Part shown: positions 28,688 to 34,723 of the stretch, in pieces
Numbering within the stretch: position 1 is the stretch's first letter
Layout of the letters: every line of letters starts with the position of its first letter
Virus record (IMG/VR): IMGVR_UViG_3300020045_015184
Coordinates: 1 to 34,723 of that record
Length of the DNA: 34,723 bases
Strand: one strand, 5' to 3'
Source of the DNA: a virus
Taxonomy: Duplodnaviria > Caudoviricetes
Notes under the pieces: model-generated
Told to the model about the DNA's origin: nothing
Database searches by the model: none
The model's input: the letters and a program-made list of their open reading frames with translations, nothing else
Position numbers and translations under genes: made by a program

Positions 28688-29398
28688 ATGAACATTTTAA
28701 CTTGGTACCCGCACGATTTGGGTCGTTATTCCCGTGATACTCGGCACCTAACAATGCTAGAACATGGCGCATTTAGGCTACTTTTAGACTGTTATTATGC
28801 CACTGGCGGCTTGCCAGAAGCAATGCCTAAGCAATGCTCAAGCAATGCTCTACCAATGCTAGACCATTCACGTATCTATAGGGTGTGCTGTGCCATGTCA
28901 AAGCACGAACAAGATGCGGTGGATGCCGTTTTAAAGATGTTTTTTACCCTAAATAATGACGGTTTTTACACCAATTCTAAGGCAGATAAGGTCATTTTAG
29001 AGCAAACAACCAAGCACGAAAACCGCGTAAAAGCTGGTAAAATGAGCAATTCTAAAGCAATGCTAGAGCAATGCTCAAGCAATACCCCACAGAAAGAGAA
29101 TAAGAAAAAGAATAAAAACCCCCCTACCCCCCTAAAGGGAGGGTCTGGTGTTTTGACTTCGTCTTTGGGGGATGGGGGAGTTACCCCTATTGATCGTGCG
29201 GTATTAAACCAAGCGCTAGACAAAATGGATGCTAGGCAGCTAGAGGCTTTCAGAAAAGCAGCACCAGGTTGGGATAAGTTTCACCTAAGGGGTTTATGGC
29301 TTGAGTGGTTAGATAACCCAGAACGTGGCATGCCCAATGCGCCTGTGTCGTCTTTCATAGCGTGGTGTTTAAAATATACTAAGGGTAAGCGGCCATAA
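28688..29398 (+). CDS. DUF1376/YdaU-type replication initiator
   Basis: WYP...Y..DT.HLT.LEHGAF.LLLD.YY; internal iterons; NPPTPLKG linker. Confidence 0.85.
   Translation: MNILTWYPHDLGRYSRDTRHLTMLEHGAFRLLLDCYYATGGLPEAMPKQCSSNALPMLDHSRIYRVCCAMSKHEQDAVDAVLKMFFTLNNDGFYTNSKADKVILEQTTKHENRVKAGKMSNSKAMLEQCSSNTPQKENKKKNKNPPTPLKGGSGVLTSSLGDGGVTPIDRAVLNQALDKMDARQLEAFRKAAPGWDKFHLRGLWLEWLDNPERGMPNAPVSSFIAWCLKYTKGKRP
28818..29087 (+). repeat. Two clusters of 11-bp iterons (consensus AAGCAATGCTM), putative origin
   Basis: Four tandem units at 28818-28861 and four at 29044-29087. Confidence 0.8.
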
Positions 29399-29793
29399 TT
29401 GAACAAGCCAAAATAAAGCCCCGTGAGTGGCCTGTTTATATTTTTGGCTATAGGCGTAGCAAAATAGGTCGTTTGTTTAAGCTGTTGCCACCGCCAGCGA
29501 TTTTTTGACTAGGTTTAACGGTGGTGGCTAACCCTAATATCATTAAAACACTATTTAAACGGTGGTTTTTGTTAATAAAGGTTAATAAACAGATAAAATA
29601 AACCTATTTCTAGCGGTGGTTTTTCATGTTACGATTAACCACGCACCCGATCCAATAGTTGCGCCGCCCGACTAAGTATACCAAGTTGCTATCGTGATGT
29701 GTGCGTGTGGGTCATGATAAATCGTGTAATAGCAACACGGCGGCATTTTTTATTTAGCTATTGCGTAATAAACTAAAATATAATAAACTAACT

Positions 29794-29905
29794 TTGCTAT
29801 CTTCATGAACGTGCCCCACCCGCAAGAGTGGGGATCTGCCAAAGGTAACTCGGTGGTCGGCCATAGCAATTAAGGGGTAGTTCTGACAGTGACTACCCCT
29901 TTTTT
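29794..29905 (+). ncRNA. Candidate structured small RNA
   Basis: TTGCGT-17-TAAACT promoter (29761-29789); ttgctat/atagcaa closing stem; ccccac/gtgggg hairpin with a GCAA-containing loop; followed by a terminator. Confidence 0.5.
29872..29905 (+). terminator. Rho-independent terminator
   Basis: aaggggtagt/actacccctt stem followed by a T-tract. Confidence 0.8.
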
Positions 29906-29941
29906 ATTTTATTACTGGTTTTACGGTGGTTATTAAATCAG

Positions 29942-30043
29942 CTACAGGCCGCTTAGAAAGTACTTCTTTGCGAATTTCCATACCGCACGATACAGAATTA
30001 CCAATATAAACAGCAAGGCGGCGTCTGTCGCGTTCGCGTTCAT
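29942..30043 (-). CDS. Unannotated 33-aa single-TM peptide (MNANATDAALLFILVILYRAVWKFAKKYFLSGL)
   Basis: GAGGTG RBS; TGATG coupling to the HNH-like gene stop. Confidence 0.6.
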   Translation of the reverse strand: MNANATDAALLFILVILYRAVWKFAKKYFLSGL

Positions 30044-30528
30044 CACACCTCTCTGTAGGATAGCTTGGGTGTAACAGGCTGTTTAGTCGGTCTATTGCAT
30101 ATTTCAATACCACTCTCCATGTAATCAATATAAGCTGTTTTTAATTCATCTGGGGCAGTTTCCCACGCTGTGTAATGGAAACTATCAATTTCACGAGAAT
30201 AATAGTTATCGTTCTTAAAATCGTATAGGTTATTTATTAAATCCGTGTGCCCATAGCGCTCTAATTTATGGTAGCGCACGTGGTGATCATGGCAAAGAGG
30301 CATTACCTTTAAGGTTTCTGCAAATATTAGTGATAACGGCGCTTGAAAAAAGACCATATTACTTAACGTATCACATTTTGTGCTGCGTTCTAAATGGTGA
30401 AATTCAATAAACGTAGCTGTAGGCTGTAGTATATTACAAGCTGGGCACTGGCAGCTATTTTTTAGGTTACGGTACCAAGCCTTAATTACAAAAGGATCAT
30501 ATGTACAAATTGGGTAGTTTTTCTGCAT
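30043..30528 (-). CDS. HNH-like Zn-binding nuclease-fold protein
   Basis: CPAC, IEFHH, K...SNMV, LCHDHHVRYH; start at MQKNYP after GGGGG. Confidence 0.65.
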   Translation of the reverse strand: MQKNYPICTYDPFVIKAWYRNLKNSCQCPACNILQPTATFIEFHHLERSTKCDTLSNMVFFQAPLSLIFAETLKVMPLCHDHHVRYHKLERYGHTDLINNLYDFKNDNYYSREIDSFHYTAWETAPDELKTAYIDYMESGIEICNRPTKQPVTPKLSYREV

Positions 30529-30673
30529 AAAGCCCCCAAAAAATGGTGGGCAAAACATAGGAGTGTTAACCAGCGCCTCGCCTGTTTTGCCCATAAAATG
30601 GTGCAAGGGTTTTGAGAATTGTGTTTAGTAAGCCTCGCAACCCCAGCACCAAAAACTTATTTGATTCGGTGGA

Positions 30674-31384
30674 TTAAAACAAGCTACCTTGTCTATAGGC
30701 AAATTCAACACGGCGGCAAGCCACATCAAAATATTGTTTATCTATTTCAATGCCAATGCCTTTGCGCCCTGTCTTAGCGCAAGCTACCAATGTTGTGCCA
30801 CTACCCATAAAGGGATCTATAACCAACCCACCTTTATCGGTGGATTGTTCTATCCAGCAAGCCATTAGCTCAACAGGCTTTTCGGTGGGGTGCTCATTGC
30901 CTTTGCTATTTGGTGCCTTAAATAAGTTAGATAAAGACATATCATTAATATATCTTGCCCTACCTTTATAGCCGAATAACCCAAATTCAACACCAAGCAT
31001 ATAAAACCTATTGGGGGTAACAGTACATTTATCCCACACTAAAATATTATGAAACCCAAAACCAGATTTTCTAAACCATCTTAAGGCTTTTTCAAGGTTG
31101 CGGTTATTACTCATAATATAAGCATTGCCATTATCTTTTAGGGCTTCATAACACATGTTATTAATTTGTTTCCACGTAATGTTACATTCAACGATTTTAC
31201 CATCGTTGTTATAATTATGCTTTGACAGGCACCCACCAAGTTCGCTGGTATTATTACCACCACTTGTTAATGGGTACGGTGGATCAGTTACTACACAATC
31301 AACCTTTTCAAGCATGGGCATGATTTGTAGGCTATCACCTAAATACAAGGTGCAATCGCCTATAACTTCTTTTCGGTGATACAT
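30674..31384 (-). CDS. DNA N6-adenine/N4-cytosine methyltransferase (beta class), apparently orphan
   Basis: LYLGD, TDPPY, HPTEKP, DPFMGSGTT, GIEID. Confidence 0.93.
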   Translation of the reverse strand: MYHRKEVIGDCTLYLGDSLQIMPMLEKVDCVVTDPPYPLTSGGNNTSELGGCLSKHNYNNDGKIVECNITWKQINNMCYEALKDNGNAYIMSNNRNLEKALRWFRKSGFGFHNILVWDKCTVTPNRFYMLGVEFGLFGYKGRARYINDMSLSNLFKAPNSKGNEHPTEKPVELMACWIEQSTDKGGLVIDPFMGSGTTLVACAKTGRKGIGIEIDKQYFDVACRRVEFAYRQGSLF

Positions 31385-31599
31385 TATTTAGCCTTAATTG
31401 AATTAAACAGCCGCCGTAATACATAGGAACGCACTAAAGAAACAATTGTAAATAAAAAACCTATCATAGCGTGTTGGCTGGCGCTAACATGAATATCAAA
31501 TAAAGGAAATATTATGTTTTGTGCTAGCAAAGCTATAAAATAACCAATAATTACATTAACCACTGATTCGGTGGCTGACATTTTACGTGATTGGCTCAT
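31384..31599 (-). CDS. Small two-TM protein commonly adjacent to phage MTases
   Basis: QSRKMS..ES..NV..G...FT..S..RSY.LRRLFN. Confidence 0.75.
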   Translation of the reverse strand: MSQSRKMSATESVVNVIIGYFIALLAQNIIFPLFDIHVSASQHAMIGFLFTIVSLVRSYVLRRLFNSIKAK

Positions 31600-31796
31600 A
31601 ACCTACCATCCTGCATATTTTTAACTTTTTGCATTACGCTATCAAAATCATCCCAAGCGTGGACTTCTTTACCACCATGTCTAAAAAATATAGTTCCACC
31701 ACCACCATCAGTAGGCGCTGGTGCAATTAGCCAACACTCGCTAATATTGATTAATTCAATTTTATCATCAAACGTATTTTTAATTGCTATAAACAT
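31596..31796 (-). CDS. Hypothetical protein
   Basis: Overlap-coupled ORF. Confidence 0.6.
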   Translation of the reverse strand: MFIAIKNTFDDKIELINISECWLIAPAPTDGGGGTIFFRHGGKEVHAWDDFDSVMQKVKNMQDGRL

Positions 31797-32137
31797 TACT
31801 TTGTTACCTTAAATTTTTTAATATTGTTATCTAAAAAAGATACTACTTTAAATGACTGATCAAAATCTTTAGCCAATTTTTTTATATAGTATGCCTTGCT
31901 TAATTTATCTGTTATAAAATCTGTGCCATCTTTAATAGATAAAACAATTTTTGTATAAGATGTTTTTTCTATTTTAAATTCAGCTATAAATTTTAAAGTT
32001 TTTAATTGTAAATCATAAATTGTGTTTGAGGTTATAGTTTTTTTATAATTATCTCTTTTAATTTTTAATTTATAAAAATCATCTTTGCAAACTTCACAAT
32101 ATGATGTTATGCGCCAGCCATCAGGTAATGCTATCAT
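31796..32137 (-). CDS. Very AT-rich Lys-rich hypothetical protein
   Basis: ATGA-coupled ORF. Confidence 0.55.
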   Translation of the reverse strand: MIALPDGWRITSYCEVCKDDFYKLKIKRDNYKKTITSNTIYDLQLKTLKFIAEFKIEKTSYTKIVLSIKDGTDFITDKLSKAYYIKKLAKDFDQSFKVVSFLDNNIKKFKVTK

Positions 32138-32310
32138 TTTCCTAACAATCCTTTCAAAAATGCCTGTGTTATATCTGAATTATAAAACCAGTAAGCGGCG
32201 TTTATTACAACCACAATGCCAAGTAAAATACTTAGTAAACCCCATGTTGTATTTTTTGGTGGGTGCTCAAGCTGGTAATAGTAAATAAATAGTACAAGTG
32301 CTAATGTCAT
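32134..32310 (-). CDS. Unannotated 58-aa membrane peptide (MTLALVLFIY...GLLGK)
   Basis: AAGGA RBS; ATGA overlap with the next gene. Confidence 0.6.
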   Translation of the reverse strand: MTLALVLFIYYYQLEHPPKNTTWGLLSILLGIVVVINAAYWFYNSDITQAFLKGLLGK

Positions 32311-32313
32311 TTT

Positions 32314-32568
32314 TTAATCCTTAAAATCTTTTTTTATTAATATAGCGTTTTCAATAGCACCAATCATGGCTTGTTTAACATCATTATCAGATGTACCTCG
32401 TGCTTTTAATTCAATATTATTTTTAGTATTAAAATTAATAACACAGGCAAAACCACCATTATCATAAGTATGTAGATATACACGGCCATATAAAGAAGCA
32501 GTTTGCCAAAGTTGATCTAATGTATTAAATTCCATAGATTTTGTTGTTGTTGAAATTAGGTCTGTCAT
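32314..32568 (-). CDS. Hypothetical protein
   Basis: GAGG RBS; TAATG coupling. Confidence 0.65.
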   Translation of the reverse strand: MTDLISTTTKSMEFNTLDQLWQTASLYGRVYLHTYDNGGFACVINFNTKNNIELKARGTSDNDVKQAMIGAIENAILIKKDFKD

Positions 32569-32864
32569 TAGCTAACCTCTCTAACAAAAACGCCATTCAC
32601 CATTTGGCCTTTACGGTCTTTAATTTCATTATAAGCGCTATTAATGCAATCTTTAATATCCATGCCAAGCTGTGCTGCAAGAATTGTTAAAACAACAACA
32701 CAATCACCAATAGCATCGGCGGTTTCTGGTAATTTATTTTTAGCAATACCGCTGGCTAATTCACCAACTTCTTCGGTCATCTTTAGCATTTGTGCTTGTG
32801 GTGTTGATCCTTTAATAAGGTTACGGTCATGGGCCCACTGTGTGATTAAATTAAAAGTTTCCAT
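32568..32864 (-). CDS. mazG: MazG-like nucleotide pyrophosphohydrolase
   Basis: WAHDRNL, QMLKMTEEVGELA, DAIGD, AYNEIKDRKG. Confidence 0.9.
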   Translation of the reverse strand: METFNLITQWAHDRNLIKGSTPQAQMLKMTEEVGELASGIAKNKLPETADAIGDCVVVLTILAAQLGMDIKDCINSAYNEIKDRKGQMVNGVFVREVS

Positions 32865-32878
32865 TGTTTTTTCCTTTT

Positions 32879-33058
32879 CTATATTTTTGTTGTTGGTTTT
32901 TTAATAATACATTTAGCTTTAATCCAAGAGCTAATACTGCCTTGCTCATTAGCAAATTGTGCTACCTGATAACAAGAGTCAAAACTATCCATTTGTTGAA
33001 CTAAAACCCGTGGTGTGCCACCACGTGACAACTGAATAATAACTAACCAAACTAACAT
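32879..33058 (-). CDS. Unannotated 59-aa protein with hydrophobic N-terminus and two Cys
   Basis: GGAGG RBS; MLVWLVIIQL...SFDSC...AKCII. Confidence 0.6.
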   Translation of the reverse strand: MLVWLVIIQLSRGGTPRVLVQQMDSFDSCYQVAQFANEQGSISSWIKAKCIIKKPTTKI

Positions 33059-33618
33059 TGTGATACCTCCACGCGGCTAAGAAGTGTTTTAAGGCGGTGA
33101 TATTCAATATTGGGTAGTTTAATATATCTGGCGCTCTTATCTAAATTTGTTTGTGGGTCATAATTATCAATACACCCAGTAATAATATGGCACACTTCTA
33201 GCGCGGCATTATTAGCAGCTTCAATAGCTTTTGAGCTATGGGTATGGCCAAGATATTCAAGCATAATGTCCATTAGCTCACCAGGACTAAAACGTGCTAT
33301 TAAGTCCTTAGCATCTAAATGGTAATGCACTTCTGCATTGCGGCCTGTATAGGTAGGTCTTACAATACCATTACGGACTGTTTTATCATCCATCTCTGAC
33401 ATACGTGCAGATACAGTACCTGGAACAATACAAGTACCATGATATTTACGATACAAAGCGGTTAATTCAGCTGTGGTGGCACCTACATTACCTTGTTTTA
33501 AAAGTATTTGTAATAAACGCACTTTTTGAATTTTTGCACCCTCTGTCATGCTTTCGGCGGCATCTATGCTTGTTTGGCTGTGCATTTGTGCTGGCAAGCC
33601 ATTAGTTGTCTGGGTCAT
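33052..33618 (-). CDS. Possible winged-HTH DNA-binding protein
   Basis: TSIDAAES, GATTAEL, TVSARMSE, R.T.TGR.A.V pattern; start at 33618 after AAGGAG. Confidence 0.6.
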   Translation of the reverse strand: MTQTTNGLPAQMHSQTSIDAAESMTEGAKIQKVRLLQILLKQGNVGATTAELTALYRKYHGTCIVPGTVSARMSEMDDKTVRNGIVRPTYTGRNAEVHYHLDAKDLIARFSPGELMDIMLEYLGHTHSSKAIEAANNAALEVCHIITGCIDNYDPQTNLDKSARYIKLPNIEYHRLKTLLSRVEVSQC

Positions 33619-33883
33619 TTTTTTTAACTCCTTGCTGTTTTGAATTATTAAACTTTTTGGCTTTTTCAATTGTTGCTATCATTTTTGGTACACCATAATC
33701 TTCCCATTGGCACTCTGGGTATTCGCTTTCAATAATGCTTACTGCTTTTTCTAATTCTTTAATTAAATCATCAATAATCATATTTTCTTTACTCAATATA
33801 GTTATGTTTTGTAAATGTGGTTGGCTGTTAATTTCAAAGCGCTCTCTGTATAATTTATCTTTATAAATTTCTGATCTGATCAT
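33602..33883 (-). CDS. Hypothetical protein
   Basis: AAGGAG RBS; reads through the boundary repeat. Confidence 0.55.
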   Translation of the reverse strand: MIRSEIYKDKLYRERFEINSQPHLQNITILSKENMIIDDLIKELEKAVSIIESEYPECQWEDYGVPKMIATIEKAKKFNNSKQQGVKKNDPDN

Positions 33884-33888
33884 TTTTT

Positions 33889-34347
33889 TTAACTCCTTGT
33901 ACCTTTTATAAAAAATTTGTCTTTTAAAATGTAAAATAATTTATTTTGTTTTTTGATTTCAACCTTATCTAATAATTTTTTGTATGTGTATGTTTGTGAA
34001 AATGTTTTAAATCTATCATCTGCATATTTACAATTTAATAATCTCATCTCAATTTGTGGTTTATTATTTAATATTAAATTAAGAAAATCATTTACTAACC
34101 AAACCATTACTGGTGAAATATTTACCTCACGCAGTAAACCATATAAAGCTGGAAGTTCATAAATTAAAGCATTTAAATCATCTTTTAAAATTAATAGTTG
34201 TTTAAGCGATTGTTTAGATCGTATTACAGCTGATTCAATTTCAGAAATCAGTGAACCACTAATAAATCCTAACATAATAATAGTATTTATAAAATCTTCA
34301 CGTTCTTTATCTGTTAGGCTAAGTGTTGTAAATTTACCGTTGTACAT
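33889..34347 (-). CDS. AT-rich hypothetical protein
   Basis: AAGGAG RBS; flanked by CAAGGAGTTAA repeats. Confidence 0.6.
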   Translation of the reverse strand: MYNGKFTTLSLTDKEREDFINTIIMLGFISGSLISEIESAVIRSKQSLKQLLILKDDLNALIYELPALYGLLREVNISPVMVWLVNDFLNLILNNKPQIEMRLLNCKYADDRFKTFSQTYTYKKLLDKVEIKKQNKLFYILKDKFFIKGTRS

Positions 34348-34350
34348 TTT

Positions 34351-34445
34351 TATTAACTCCTTGCGGTTTTGAATTATTAACTCCTTGCAGTTTTCAAAAT
34401 CTTAACTCCTTGCGGTTTTGATTTATTAACTCCTTGGCGTTTTGG
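34351..34445 (-). repeat. Four tandem 24-25 bp RBS-containing repeats
   Basis: ttaactccttg at 34353, 34377, 34402 and 34426. Confidence 0.9.
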
Positions 34446-34721
34446 TTATTGCCCAGCCGCATAATTAAACGTAGCTTGCGTTTCAAGGGGCAGGGATGGT
34501 GGTAAATCAATGGCTATGCTTTGCCCTTGGCAATCTGTTTTATCTTGTGCTGTAGCTTGCTTAGGGGCAAAATTAGCGGCCATTGCAAGGCTTGTTTTGC
34601 CAACCCATTGGGCGCTATTGTATATCATACGGTCATAGCTTAAATATGCGGCGCTTATTAAATACACCACCACAAGCAAACCGCCTAAGCTATAGCCAAG
34701 CCATTTAAAAAAATTAGCCAT
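34446..34721 (-). CDS. Membrane-anchored hypothetical protein
   Basis: N-terminal TM segment; lies at the window edge. Confidence 0.55.
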   Translation of the reverse strand: MANFFKWLGYSLGGLLVVVYLISAAYLSYDRMIYNSAQWVGKTSLAMAANFAPKQATAQDKTDCQGQSIAIDLPPSLPLETQATFNYAAGQ

Positions 34722-34723
34722 TG

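Noticed and set aside
29119-29180. C-run and G-run tract as a special DNA structure
   Set aside because: Explained by the NPPTPLKGG linker common in phage replication proteins.
29572-29585. CtrA box in gttaataaag-gttaataaac
   Set aside because: TTAA spacing is 6, not 7; it is only a short direct repeat.
29794-29870. tRNA or known self-cleaving ribozyme
   Set aside because: No TTCRA T-loop, anticodon arm or CCA end, and no hammerhead, HDV or pistol core recognised.
29904-30128. 74-aa minus-strand ORF from the track
   Set aside because: It overlaps the HNH-like gene and lacks an RBS; the coupled 33-aa ORF in another frame is better supported.
34351-34445. CRISPR mini-array
   Set aside because: Units are directly tandem at 24-25 bp with no unique spacers, no palindrome and no cas genes.
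1-34723. Alternative genetic code or integrated-prophage boundary
   Set aside because: Conserved genes are intact under the standard code and use all three stops; no integrase, att site or host gene was seen.

Overview
AT-rich tailed-phage (siphovirus) DNA. A GapR/DUF2312 homolog, a TIGR02594-type lysin and a Caulobacter-type Chi motif suggest an alphaproteobacterial host. 1-23.3 kb (+) is a late operon: GpA-type TerL, lambda-type portal, fused prohead protease-major capsid, neck genes, tail tube, frameshifted chaperones, tape measure, lambda-like M/L/K/I/J tail tip, two fibre-like genes and a holin/endolysin/spanin lysis module. 23.4-28.0 kb (-) holds small accessory genes, including an SPFH lipoprotein and GapR. 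At 28.1 kb overlapping divergent promoters precede an unannotated ribbon-helix-helix gene, a DUF1064 nuclease and a DUF1376 replication gene carrying 11-bp iterons. 29.4-29.9 kb is structured non-coding DNA with a candidate sRNA that converges on a 33-aa membrane peptide. 30-34.7 kb (-) has an HNH-like gene, an MTase, MazG and genes delimited by an RBS-containing repeat. The strongest sequence-level signals are: extreme one-strand enrichment of CGGTGGT, apparent absence of GAAGG/CCTTC and CCGG, an apparent deletion of most of terS, and a cassette-like repeat at the right end. No integrase, tRNA, CRISPR or reverse transcriptase was seen. Family calls come from motif recognition, not database searches, and all motif counts are by eye.
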